Of a stretch of DNA of 64,000 nucleotides, positions 42,771 through 54,140 are shown one piece after another. Position 1 is the first letter of the stretch, and every line of letters starts with the position of its first letter. The position numbers and the translations under genes were made by a program. The DNA comes from Macrostomum hystrix (taxonomy: Eukaryota; Animalia; Platyhelminthes), in contig CATNEN010000003.1 in assembly GCA_950097015.1 (NCBI GenBank), positions 15,934,001 to 15,998,000 on the forward strand, written 5' to 3'. Under the pieces are notes generated by a model. The model did no database searches. It saw only the letters and a program-made list of their open reading frames with translations, and was not told where the DNA came from.

Positions 42771-43140
42771 GGGGGTCGGTGGCAGAGCGGTTAACGCGTT
42801 TGCCTCTCGCACCAAGATTCCTAAGTTCGATTCCGCGGCAAGGCCACATTTATTTGGGACGCAGCCGCGGAGAGAAGGCTTGGGGGCTTGTCGTGCAATT
42901 TACGCCCTTGAGGGCCGACCTCCAAGGCACAGTGAAAGCGTACACTGCCTGACGATGAGAAAGTTGGGACAGATGTACACACCTGTGTGAGCGTGTGTCT
43001 GCCTGCGAACGGCATCTGTGTGCGCGTGTGCTCAGGAGTCAGCGAAATGGCAGAATTGCCTCCTCGCTGGCTGCGGGTCTAGTGTCACCAAATGATGAGC
43101 CATTGCCCGCAGCCCTCCTGCAATAATATTTTTTATTATT
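42771..43140 (+). mobile_element. SINE family A, apparently full length (tRNA-derived)
   Basis: Pol III A-box TGGCAGAGCGG and B-box GTTCGATTCC, unique body, AT-rich tail; three further copies in the window. Confidence 0.88.
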
Positions 43141-43564
43141 GAGGTTAATTCAATGTTTGTTACTGCTTGTAAGTCGATCATGTGTCATCGCGTCATCAAC
43201 GCTTCAACCAGCCATACAATGTCTTTATCTGCAGAGAGACCTACTGATAGGTGAGAAGAGGAGCGTTTTCGTTTGGCCCAGCCTTGCCGTCATAAAATAA
43301 TGTGCAAAAATCATCCGCCAAAAATTGCTACGCCCAATCCCAGCTTGGGCAATACTGGAAATGAAACAACCCAGCTAGACTGGTATCGCTTCCCCAGTCA
43401 CCGCTAATCCTTCATCAATCCACCAGGATCTCTTTCCGCTCAGATCGGCCAGGCAAATCCCAAACAGTTCAGGTCCTGCCTATCCTTCGCAGTCAAATTA
43501 ATCATTGGCCAGTGTGAAGTCTGCCGCTATGGGACACCAAGCTGCACTCACCAGAGCGAGGCCG

Positions 43565-43571
43565 TATAAAA
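43565..43571 (+). promoter_or_regulatory. Candidate TATA box of GPCR 43884
   Basis: TATAAAA ~320 bp upstream of the ATG, with a possible 5' UTR intron donor GTGAGT at ~43756; the paralogue has the same layout. Confidence 0.4.
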
Positions 43572-43883
43572 GCCATGTCTCCGTCATGTGAGGCAGGAGT
43601 GGATTATCTGAAACAGACATATGCAGTGTCTCTCACTCACTCTAAATCTATATTCCGGCTTTTAATAGTCGCTCTGCCTTTTTTGATACCAGCGGAGCTA
43701 TACTGTTGTAATTCCCAAAGCGCGATACTCAACCCATGCGTTCAGGGCGAATCTGGTGAGTTCACGCCGCGACCAGTCAGATCTTGATGCATCCGGTTTA
43801 ACGTTGCGTTGAAGTGTAAATTTAGCTATAATACTATAAAAAACTGAAAATTGACAGCAAACAAATTGACAAATTAGGCAACC

Positions 43884-45074
43884 ATGAACGATTCTGAAAA
43901 CGGCACGACAAACTCTACAACGCCTGGTTCTGATTCGTCCGAAGACGAAATGCGGTGGTTTGAATATCCTGGCTGGCGTTGGGCTTTCAATAACATCATA
44001 ATCTGGCTGATGCCAGCCCTGTTGGTGTTCGGCATAGTAATCAATGTGCTCTGCTTCATCACTATACTATTGAGCAACAAGACTTTTCCCAAGATTTCCA
44101 GACGCAACATGCTGATTATCACCGCCTGCGACGCCGTGGTATTGTCGATCGGCGGGTTCAGCTGCTATCAGATATATTTGCTTAGAAGCGTGAAGTACAA
44201 TGTTCTCAAACCGTTCTTGTCTCTGATGCACATGAATGCGGCCGCTTGTCACATTGTGAACTACCTCTACAAATTCATGCTAAACGGAACTCCGTATTTT
44301 CAAGTTGGACTCACCGTCGAGCGAGCACTAGCGGTTGTGATGCCTCTGAAAGTGAAGCGAATTATGACTAGCCGCAATCACGCCATCATGCTGCTGGTGC
44401 TGTTCCTACTAGGAAGCGTAGACCCGGCGCTCTGGTCTGCCGAACAGCAATACATCGACAACCGATGCGACAGTCGCGAAGATCGTCATGTCCTACTCAT
44501 TCTGGACCGAATGCAGTACAATATCGAGTTCTATGTGTCGAAGACAACTCTGTTCGTCATCCTACTGACTGGTTGTATTATCGTCGCCGTGGCTCTGCGT
44601 ATTCAGGCTAGCAAAGTGACCCGCATGACCAGCAGCTCTGCCACCCTAAAGCGCAACAAAATGGTGGGCGCCTGCGCAGCCATGATAACCATGAACCTGC
44701 TGTTCTTCCTGACTCATGCTCCCAGGGCTGCGTTTTCGGTGTACGAAGGCTACAGCGATGTTGTCTGGCCTAAGTATCTGTCCGAGAGTCAGCTGGACTT
44801 GGGCTACCAGATCGGTGAAGGCTTCATGTTTCTTCACAGCATCATCGATCCTTTCTCCTACTTTATGGGGCGCAGTTTTCGCACCGCCTTCCGCCAGATT
44901 ATCGGCGGAGCGTTTTGCTTCCTGACGGCCGGGTTGTGTGGTAGGCGCCGACTGCCTGAGAGAAAACAGACAGGAATCAATTTGGCAACTTCTGTGAGCA
45001 CCGCCTACAATGTTGGAGTCAACAGAACTGGAGACTGCCGCTCTAGAGCTTGTGCTGAATCTGTGGAATTGTAG
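43884..45074 (+). CDS. Intronless rhodopsin-class GPCR, 396 aa (paralogue of 51129)
   Basis: 7 TM segments; glycosylated N-terminus; FGIVIN (TM1); ACD (TM2); TM3 Cys and LTVERALAVVMPL; FFLTHAP (TM6); IDPFSY..SFR. Confidence 0.92.
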   Translation: MNDSENGTTNSTTPGSDSSEDEMRWFEYPGWRWAFNNIIIWLMPALLVFGIVINVLCFITILLSNKTFPKISRRNMLIITACDAVVLSIGGFSCYQIYLLRSVKYNVLKPFLSLMHMNAAACHIVNYLYKFMLNGTPYFQVGLTVERALAVVMPLKVKRIMTSRNHAIMLLVLFLLGSVDPALWSAEQQYIDNRCDSREDRHVLLILDRMQYNIEFYVSKTTLFVILLTGCIIVAVALRIQASKVTRMTSSSATLKRNKMVGACAAMITMNLLFFLTHAPRAAFSVYEGYSDVVWPKYLSESQLDLGYQIGEGFMFLHSIIDPFSYFMGRSFRTAFRQIIGGAFCFLTAGLCGRRRLPERKQTGINLATSVSTAYNVGVNRTGDCRSRACAESVEL

Positions 45075-46823
45075 CCACAGGTGCTGCCGATGTCAATTAA
45101 CAAAAATCGTACAATCGTCCAATACCACCTCACTGACAAAAATATTATTTTAGTGTCTTATTGATTTTAAAGCACCTGTCATTCCTTATTTTGTGATATT
45201 TTGTGCAGCTCTTTAATGCGTTTGATCTATCACGTATAACTAACTTGCGTTCGTTATGGTTTTATGCTCGAAAAAAGACCAATGACACGGACGAAGCACT
45301 TTAGCGGGCAGGCTGTGTACAGCTTTTTAGTCCGTGGACTGGGGGGCTGCCACAGCCAGCTGTGCATAAACGACATTCTATTTTCTGATGCGCTAAGATT
45401 TGAACTGTCGGTTTGGTGTCATAAGACCACTTGATCGGCAATCGCCTCAGAAGATCAATTAGGTATTTAAGTCGTATTCGCGCTAAAAATAAATTTGGAA
45501 AACTTGCTTAGAAAATTTTATTTTTTACAAACTTCAACATTCTGTCCGGTATTCTGTTGTATTTTCTACATGTTGTGTAATCATGACTTATCATACTTTT
45601 TTGCAATATTAATGTTCTTTTTATTTAATTGTCAAGTCACTAGCAAGGCTTCACGAGGTTTAATAAACAAAAGTTTTTAATCAATACCAGCACATTCAAT
45701 TTTGTCGTATATTATTTTGTTGTCGATTTAATCAAATCCATAGCGTAGCGTAATAATTGTCCTTGGTTCTTTTAACACTTCTAAGAAAATGTAAAGATGA
45801 CATTAGTTGCAGTAATTCGCGAAGTTTAATCTAAACTTTTCTTTCTGTGGGTGACAAAGGTGTGGCAGTCTATTTGCCGTGACTATTATAGTGTCGTTAC
45901 AAAAACATCTCTATAACCATTAATTGTTGACAGACAATGGTAGGCAAAATGGGTCGTAATAAAATTGACTTTAGATTAAACGATCAACCGCCTGAGCAGA
46001 ATAAGGAAAACTTTTTGTGCATTAGCCAAATGACTGCTGGAAATGGAAGACAAATGAGTTTGACTTTTTTCTCTAAGCAAATTTGCAGCTAAAATGGTTT
46101 ATTCAACTAAGTCTCACACATGGAGTTATATAAACACAATGACTGTTCAGTCCATGCACTGATCGGAGCCGCAACATCGACCAAATTTCTACCCTAGCTA
46201 ACCTTTCTACCCTGTCTTACAGTGGTACCTGTGTTCATAGTTTATTGTAGTTAGTTTTAAACCGTTATCCATGATTGTATAGCTAGTACAGCAAATTTCG
46301 TCTTTTTTTCCATTTCGCTTTTCTAGTTCTCTAGACTTCATTTTTCTATTTCGTTTAGTTAATGTTTACTAGTTTTGCTATCATCATTTCTTCTCACTGA
46401 TCTTGATCTCTGATTCTCTCTCTCCTCCTCAATTCTGATTGGCTGCCGCCCTACCCCTACTGATATGCAGTCTTATTCTCTAACCCTCTGTCTAAACCAT
46501 GCACTCGTATATGATGGAAAAATCTATGATACTGTGTGTAGCAGTGTGTCCTACATTATATTACTGATATAGGGCATCTATACTACATACTATACTCTAC
46601 AATATAGCACCTAAAAGCACCTAAAAGATATTTACTGGTATTACCATGCATTAAGGAATTAAGGTGTTACAGCTAATTAAATAGAGTGCACATTATAGAC
46701 AATTCTATGACTGACAGGGTCTGAAAGCCCTATTGTATTGCATTGAGCTTGATCAGGTATCTAAGAATGACATAATATCTAGAGAGATATTGGCTTAGCC
46801 TTGTGATCATGAACCGAGATAGC

Positions 46824-48232
46824 CAGTGACGGGCACCGCTAAATAGCGCAGTCGCTAACTGGCTGAAGGAAAGATAAGCGATCGCTAAATAGCGGGCGCT
46901 TTTCCGATTTGAATTTAGCGCAATTAGCGCCGCTAACTTTGAAATGCGCTAAAAAATAAAAATTGTAAATAATCTGTCTCGTCTCTCCCGTGCCTTATCT
47001 CTCCATTATCTCACCTCTCCCGTGTCTCCATTTCTCCCGTGTCTCATCTCTCCCGTGTCTCATCTCTCCATTGTGTCATCTCTCCCATGTCTCGTCTCTC
47101 CCGTGCCTCGTCTCTCCGGTGTCTCATCTCTCCCGTGTCTCATCTCTCCAGTGTCTTATCTCTCCCGTGTCTCATCTCTCCCGTGTCTTATCTCTCCCGT
47201 GTCTCATCTCTCCCGTGTCTTATCTCTCCCGTGTCTCATCTCTCCCGTGTCTTATCTCTCCCGTGTCTCATCTCTCCCGTGCCTCGTCTCTCCGGTGTCT
47301 CATCTCTCCCGTGTCTCATCTCTCCAGTGTCTTATCTCTCCCGTGTCTCATCTCTCCCGTGTCTTATCTCTCCCGTGTCTCATCTCTCCCGTGTCTTATC
47401 TCTCCCGTGTCTCATCTCTCCCGTGTCTTATCTCTCCCGTGTCTCATCTCTCCCGTGTCTCATCTCTCCCGTGTCTTATCTCTCCCGTGTCTCATCTCTC
47501 CCGTGTCTTATCTCTCTAGTGTCTCATCTCTCCGGTGTCTCATCTCTCCCGTGCCTCGTCTCTCCGGTGTCTCATCTCTCCGGTGTCTCATCTCTCCCGT
47601 GTCTTATCTCTCTAGTGTCTCATCTCTCCGGTGTCTCATCTCTCCTGTGTCTCATCTCTCCGGTGTCTCATCTCTCCGGTGTCTTATCTCTCCAGTGTCT
47701 CATCTCTCCTGTGTCTCATCTCTCCGGTGTCTTATCTCTCCAGTGACTCATCTCTCCTGTGTCTCATCTCTCCAGTGTCTTAGCTCTCAAGTGTCTTATC
47801 TTTCAATGTCTCATGTCTCCGGTGTCTCATCTCTCCAGTGTCTCATCTCTCCAGTGTCTCCATCTCTCCAGTGTCTCATCTCTCCGGTGTCTTATCTCTC
47901 CAGTGTCTCATCTCTCCTGTGTCTCATCTCTCCGGTGTCTTATCTCTCCAGTGACTCATCTCTCCTGTGTCTCATCTCTCCAGTGTCTTAGCTCTCAAGT
48001 GTCTTATCTCTCAAATGTCTCATGTCTCCGGTGTCTCATCTCTCCAGTGTCTCATCTCTCCAGTGTCTCCATCTCTCCAGTGTCTCATCTCTCCCCTGTC
48101 TCATCTCCCCCTGTCTCATCTCTACCCTATCTCTGATATGTTTCTCTTATAGTTCTACAGTCAATGCGGCCCGCTGTTGTCTTTCAGGTTCTGTTAGGTT
48201 TTGGCCCGCTAACTAATAAATTTGCCAAGTCC
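46824..48232. mobile_element. Chimeric MITE-like unit around a ~1.15-kb 16-bp minisatellite (46972-48135)
   Basis: Right flank TACAGTCAATGCGGCCCGCTG...TTGGCCCGC...TTTGCC matches the right end of the 4126-4801 MITE; left flank is a different element end (CAGTGACGGGCACCGCT with CGCTAA repeats). Confidence 0.75.
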
Positions 48233-49009
48233 AGAAGGAATGGACTTGCTATTCTGTTAGAATTCTGACAGCAGCAGCAGCTGTCGCTTTCAAACTGTGC
48301 CCATTGTTGCTTTAGCAATGTACAGACAAATTTCGTTTCAGGAAGGTCGTCTTCGGTTCAGTATACCGAAAGTCGAAGAGGGCGTGACAGAAAAGTACAT
48401 TTTCGCTAGCATTTTACTGCAATTCGAAAATTTTCTTTAAAATAGCCATCCCATATTGAACCAAAGAAGTTTGTTCTAAGCTTGTTTAAATTGATTTTTT
48501 AATCGTTTTAGGAATAACATTTCTAGTGATCAACATAACAAGATCGTATCCTTGAGTACTTTGAGAACTTGCATGTAGGTACTGCATTGCAATTTGTTTT
48601 GTAGCTCCAATTCGGAGGCCATTTTGAGTACGGCCTGATCCAACCATCATTGGATTAGTTCGAATTTTTACATTTACTTTGACCAAACGTTATCCCCACC
48701 AGACAAGCACGAACATACACTTAGCTGTTACCTCTGGATATTTTATTTGCTAAGCAATATGCACGGATTGTTTATCTTGGTTGGTCGCACTTTGGGGACG
48801 ATATAAACTTACAAAAAGTTCATTTCGGGGCCAATTTGCTTTAACGAATTGCTGTCTGTCATTTTCGCAGCTGACAGGTGTGATATTAAATGAAGAAGTG
48901 GCTTAACTTGTTTGTAATCGTTCTACAGTCTAGTAAAATATGATAAGTAGACCGAGTTTAAATTTGTTAATTAAACTATTAAATTTGTTTTCAATTGCGT
49001 TATTAAAAA

Positions 49010-49255
49010 TGACAGCCGCAGCTGTTAGGCAGCGCATCTGAAGGCTGCTTACAGCTGTTCAGTCCATGGACTGGGGGGACGCCACACCCACCCTCAATTA
49101 GCCCAGCTAATGCTGGCACCTATTTAACCGCTGGGTGAACTGAAGCAATGCAGAGTTAAGTGTCTTGCTAAATGGACACAAATTGTTCCAGTGGAGTCGG
49201 GAATCGAACCCCCGACCTTCAAGTCGTGAGTCCAATACATCAATCACTAAATCGG
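49010..49255 (-). mobile_element. SINE family B copy
   Basis: Near-identical to part of 55380-55640; further partial copies at 50355-50545 and 45305-45365. Confidence 0.85.
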
Positions 49256-49652
49256 AACCCTTTAAATTTATTATGAATTGAAAATATTATAGTATAAAGT
49301 ATAAAGTTTGTCTGTACAACAATGGACAGCCTTGGTTGCAAAAAACTGACCCATGCAGGCATGCAGCAATCCTACCGCCTTCCAAACAAAGTCGATCGTG
49401 ACGACTAAAGCAAACAAATTCAAGGTGGAAAGCAGCAGTCACTCACTACAGCTGGAAATTACCGAATGCTGTGGAGACTGAAGTTTTTATTGGACCACAA
49501 AAGCACAGGAGCCATTGTAAGCTTAAAATGAATTATTATATTAATTAGAAAGTGCAAACAATGCTCCTAAATGAAGAATGGGCTTCTATATAGACGTATA
49601 TAACAGGCAGATGGAACTATATTTTCTGGGGTTTGGTTGCTTAATCTCTTGT

Positions 49653-49980
49653 TTGTCTAATATATCCACTGTCTTATCTCCCGCCTGTCTAATCTATCCA
49701 CTGTCTTATCTCCCGCCTGTCTAATCTATCCACTGTCTTATCTCCCGCCTGTCTAATCTATCCACTGTCTTATCTCCCGCCTGTCTAATCTATCCACTGT
49801 CTTATCTTCCGCGTGCCTGTCTAATCTATCCACTGTCTTATCTCCCGCCTGTCAAATCTATCCACTGTCTTATCTCCCGCCTGTCTTATCTATCCACTGT
49901 CTTATCTCCCGCCTGTCTCATCTATCCACTGTCTTATTATGAGGCCTGTCTCATCTATCCACTGTCTTATTATGAGGCCT
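49653..49980. repeat. 32-bp minisatellite (CTGTCTAATCTATCCA-CTGTCTTATCTCCCGC)
   Basis: Direct periodicity; each unit is two diverged 16-mers. Confidence 0.92.
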
Positions 49981-50354
49981 CACTGGAATTGCAACGGTGA
50001 GAAGTCGGGCAGCTATTAAGTGGCTGTGACATAATAAAGCGAAACACCATAGTGAAACCCTGCTTCACTTTGATCATTTATGAACTTTCGCTTTTAATCT
50101 TGACGCACTGCACGAGAGCTAAACAAAGTCTAGCGTACTGCTGTGCATTTTTGCATGATGCTACTACCAGTAGAGTATATTTATATTTTACGCATAAACA
50201 TGTTGCACATAATTCAACAGGCGCAATAACAGTTGCAACGATAAAATTTAATAACAGCCGAACACAAAATAAGTATACTGTAACACAACGGGAAATCATT
50301 TTTATTTATCTTTTCAATTATGATAATAAAAATAACGATAAATAAAAAAAGTAA

Positions 50355-50545
50355 TTGATTAAACCTGAACCTATCGGGCGGCCAGATGTGCAGCCCACAG
50401 CACAGCCGCAGCTATTGCGCGGCGCATCTGAAGGCTGCGTACGGTCCATGTTCAGTCCATGGACTGGGGGACGCCACACCCATCCTCACTTACCCCAGCT
50501 AATGCTGGTACCCATTTAAATGCTGCGTGAACTGAAGCAATGCTT
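50355..50545 (-). mobile_element. SINE family B, 5'-truncated copy
   Basis: Matches the 3' two-thirds of the 55325-55650 copy. Confidence 0.8.
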
Positions 50546-50890
50546 AAAATGATGTGACATTGCCGCCATATGTCCGTAAAATGGATATCTTATGAGGGCA
50601 ACTCCTTTTAAATATTCGATACTAGTTAAAAACGCCACAAAAATTGCGCACTCATGTAATTCTATCCAAGACTTATTGATTGGTGAACCATTAGGTTAGA
50701 TAATGGAGGTGTAATCTCAGAAAACGTTTTTGAGCACTTAGCTTTTATTTGGAGTGTAATAAGAGTCATGAGATGTAGTTCTAATGCAAAATGCCTATTC
50801 TCAACTAAGCTCAAGTAGCAGACAATCAATCCCAGCTGATATTGACACCGTAATTGATGGCCCGAATGAGATAATGGGCTACAAAAAAAC

Positions 50891-50898
50891 TATAAAAG
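50891..50898 (+). promoter_or_regulatory. Candidate TATA box of GPCR 51129
   Basis: TATAAAAG followed by a probable 5' UTR intron (donor CAG|GTAAGC at 51008). Confidence 0.4.
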
Positions 50899-51128
50899 AG
50901 AGCGAAAACGGTTTGCAAAACAGTCCTAAATTCAAGGCATCATGAAGATTTGTTATTTAGAGTTATAACTAAAGAACTCAGGAATCAGCATTATTTAAAA
51001 CCAACAGGTAAGCAACTCTAAAACTTTACAACGAACGCGGGAGAGGCACAAACTTAAAAATAAATAAATCCTTTACTCGACTTTTACCAAGGATTTAGAC
51101 ATTGTGGTGACAACTTGAACTCCAGAAA

Positions 51129-52205
51129 ATGTCCGATAAGAGCAGCAACTCTAGCACTGACTCAGGAGAACAAACCGATGAAATGCGTTGGTACGAATTT
51201 AGCGGCTGGAAATGGGCCTTCAGCTACATCATTGTCTGGCTAATGCCCACACTGCTTGCTTTCGGATTCGTGCTCAACTCTCTCTGCTTCATCACCATCC
51301 TGCGAAGCAGGAAGACTTTTCCAAAGATCTCGCGACAGAACATGCTCATTATTACAGCATGCGATGTCATTGTTATTGCCATTGCAGGCACATATTACTA
51401 CTCCTCCTACTTACAACGTACCTTCGGAATCACCAGCATGGTAACGTACATGGATCACCAACACAGCAGCAAGGCTGCGTGCCACTTCATCAACTACTTC
51501 AAAATGTACTTGATGAACGGAACACCGTTCTTTAATGTTGGTCTAACTACTGAGCGAGTTATCGCTGTGGTGCTACCACTCAAAGTGAAGCGGATCATGA
51601 CTTTGAGGAACCACTTCATTATGCTCGCTTCCCTTTTTGTCCTGGGAAGCATTGCTCCTGCTCTGTGGGCTGCTGAGCAGGAAATAACTGATGGTAGATG
51701 CTCAAGCCTCACAGATTTGGAATTGTTAACTACGATCGACACGATTCAGTACAATGTTGACTTTTACTTCAGCAAATTGTCATTGTTCATCTACCTGCTG
51801 GCCGGCTGTGTGATTGTCGCTGTTTCGCTGAAGCTGCAGCACCGAAAAGTGGCCAAGCTATCAAGCAGCGACGACATGGCGAAACGACAGAAGACTGTCG
51901 GTACCTGCTTTATAATGATCTTCATGAACTTGGTGTTTTTCCTGTCGCATGGCCCGAGAGCCGGAATGTCGCTATACGAAGGATATTGTAATATTTGGTT
52001 CGGCTGTAGTATTCTACCTGACGCGGAATTGGATCTGATCTACAACGTGATGTACCCGTTTACTTTTCTGCACAACGTTATCAATCCGTTCGGTTATTTT
52101 GTTGGGCACGGTTTTCGACAGGCGTTCAAGGAGAACCTAGTCTGGATGGCCAAGCTGTTTACTTTTCGGCTCTCATTTGAGTGGAGCAGAAACAAAGAAC
52201 GCTAG
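51129..52205 (+). CDS. Intronless rhodopsin-class GPCR, 358 aa (paralogue of 43884)
   Basis: Shares DEMRW.E..GW.WAF, KTFPKISR.NMLIITACD, LMNGTP and PLKVKRIMT with 43884; ERV at the DRY position and NPFGY in TM7. Confidence 0.92.
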   Translation: MSDKSSNSSTDSGEQTDEMRWYEFSGWKWAFSYIIVWLMPTLLAFGFVLNSLCFITILRSRKTFPKISRQNMLIITACDVIVIAIAGTYYYSSYLQRTFGITSMVTYMDHQHSSKAACHFINYFKMYLMNGTPFFNVGLTTERVIAVVLPLKVKRIMTLRNHFIMLASLFVLGSIAPALWAAEQEITDGRCSSLTDLELLTTIDTIQYNVDFYFSKLSLFIYLLAGCVIVAVSLKLQHRKVAKLSSSDDMAKRQKTVGTCFIMIFMNLVFFLSHGPRAGMSLYEGYCNIWFGCSILPDAELDLIYNVMYPFTFLHNVINPFGYFVGHGFRQAFKENLVWMAKLFTFRLSFEWSRNKER

Positions 52206-52554
52206 AATTGAACTGAACGACTGAGAACTGAATAGGCCTTCATCTTACGGGCAGTCATGATAGAAATAATAAGACTTTGGTAACACCAAATGTTGATGCA
52301 GTTCCGTGTTCTTAATTGCGTTCTACTAATGTGGAGCGATGCATATCTTCTAACTAGATCTTTGCAAAGTTTCTATGATTTTATGCTACAGGCATACATA
52401 TACAATTGACTATCATATTGATAACTTTGGATCGGATAATTTATATATAAATAAAAAGAAACAAATTAAAAAACTGCCGGAATTATTTTGCGTGCGCATA
52501 AAGCGTCAAAATATAGCATTTGGCAGTCTAGTTTGGACAGCGGGCTTTTAAGTA

Positions 52555-54140
52555 TAAGTTATCACCCACTTTTTTATTTATTTTGGCCGGGAACGGCTGA
52601 GGACACGTCTCTTGGCCGAGGCGAAGCCTCGGCCAAGAAACGATGTCCGAAGACGTTTTCGGCCATAGATAAGTCAAACAAGTGGGTGACAATGTATGTA
52701 TCCCCCACTTGCCCGCCAACATTGTCTATGTCGTAACGCGTTTCGTTTATTTGCCCTAGGGCAATAAATCATTTATTTCCCGCGCCCCCGCGCGAAACAG
52801 AACTTTTACCACAGACATAAGTCACACCCGTCTGGGGAAATAAACAAAGAAAGTGCAAAACGAGAACGCTCGGAACCAAACACACCCTCCGTCCAGCAGT
52901 CATCTTCGATGGGCTTTGACACCGGGTCAGACTTCTTGAGCCCGACGCCCTTGCCCTCAGCAGTTGATAGCTTCATAGCAGCGTCCAACGCTCTTCTGCA
53001 CTCGGCAAACTCGACATTCGTCCAGAGGCACCAGTCCTTGCGATGCACGTTGCGCATTTGGTATTGTAGCATTGAGAAGAAGTCCTTCAGGGTACCAGCC
53101 GAGTACCGTTCGTTCCGTTTTGTCCGGACCTCCAGGATAAACAACTTCAGGAGAAAGTTCAGGTCCGTCTTGTCAAACTCATCCATGTCCTTGATAACCA
53201 TGATGGATGGTCCACCATTCGTCGCCCATTCTTGCTTCTTAAACGCGTGCCATTCATTGAAAGTAGACAGCATCCACTCGCATTTCTTTACGGTGTTCGG
53301 AGGGACCGTGCCGCCAATCATGGCCTCCGCCTCGGCCTCAGTCAAGCTTTCAAATCGAGGGCTAGACATATACAAGCGTCTGCTATTCTGTCCTGTTCTG
53401 TCTTTTTCGCATAAAGGCTGTCTTTTTTAGCGTCTACCCTCCTCTCGGATTTTGATTTTCACCATAGACTACAGACAGAGCGTAGCAAGAAACAGAAGAC
53501 TTAAAGTGCAATGAAAGTCGGCAGCCAAGTGGGGGATACATACCATCTCTCCCACTTATTTCGGCTGTCTAGGGTGCAAAGGCACTCGGCGCGAATTTCA
53601 TTGACCTCGGCTTCGCCTCGGTCAATAAATTTGCGCCTCGAGCCTTTGCACCCTGGCAGCCGAAATAAGTGGGAAAGATTATACATTTATTCCACAGTTG
53701 AAGCCAGATAATTGTCACCGGACCAGATGTATAGAATAATACCCCCCTGATTTCGTTTCTTTGGCCTAGGAACGGCTGAGGACACGTCTCTTGGCCGAGG
53801 CGAAGCCGAGGCCCAGAAGCGCAGTCCGGAGCCGTTCCTAGTCCATAGACAACGATTTCAGGGGGTATTATAGTATTTAATCATAAATCTTGGCCCGGCT
53901 CACGAGATTGCACTATTAAAACTGTTTACAGCAGCTGTGACCATAGACTATATGTTTAATCGGCCTAGGCCAATAAATGACTGGCTTAGGCCAGTTAAAT
54001 AATAAATACGCAGAATTAATAGCCAATAGGCCGGGCCAAGCTGGGGATTAAAAATGTTTATCTGTCCCGGCCAGATAAATTTCAACGGCCAAATAAATAA
54101 ATTTATCTGGTCTATCGGCCAATCCAACTGGGGAATAAAT
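52555..54140. mobile_element. Non-autonomous Crypton-like element with flanking hairpin modules
   Basis: Hairpins at ~52560-52692, 53545-53679 and 53736-53872; inverted repeat pairs 52694-52711/53526-53543, 53685-53700/54125-54140 and 53889-53899/54030-54040. Confidence 0.72.
52806..53369 (-). pseudogene. Truncated Crypton-type tyrosine recombinase (DUF3504 / ZMYM-QRICH1-KCTD1-related), N-terminal half
   Basis: Motifs RFESL..PPNTVKKCEW..FNEW, LNFLLKLFILEVRTKRNERYSAGTL..LQYQM, F..CRRALDAAMK..GKG..K..PVS..EDDCW.EGVFG. Similarity stops at GVFGSE, before the catalytic R-H-R-Y region. Confidence 0.8.

Noticed and set aside
42930-42965. GAAA...CTGACGA hammerhead-like core in SINE A
   Set aside because: The required stems I-III cannot be formed around the core.
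43047-43075. GCCTCCTCGCTGGC identical to HDV ribozyme P3/L3 in SINE A (similar string in the 15095-15174 insert)
   Set aside because: Could not build P1, the P1.1 GG or P2; an alternative stem set explains the sequence.
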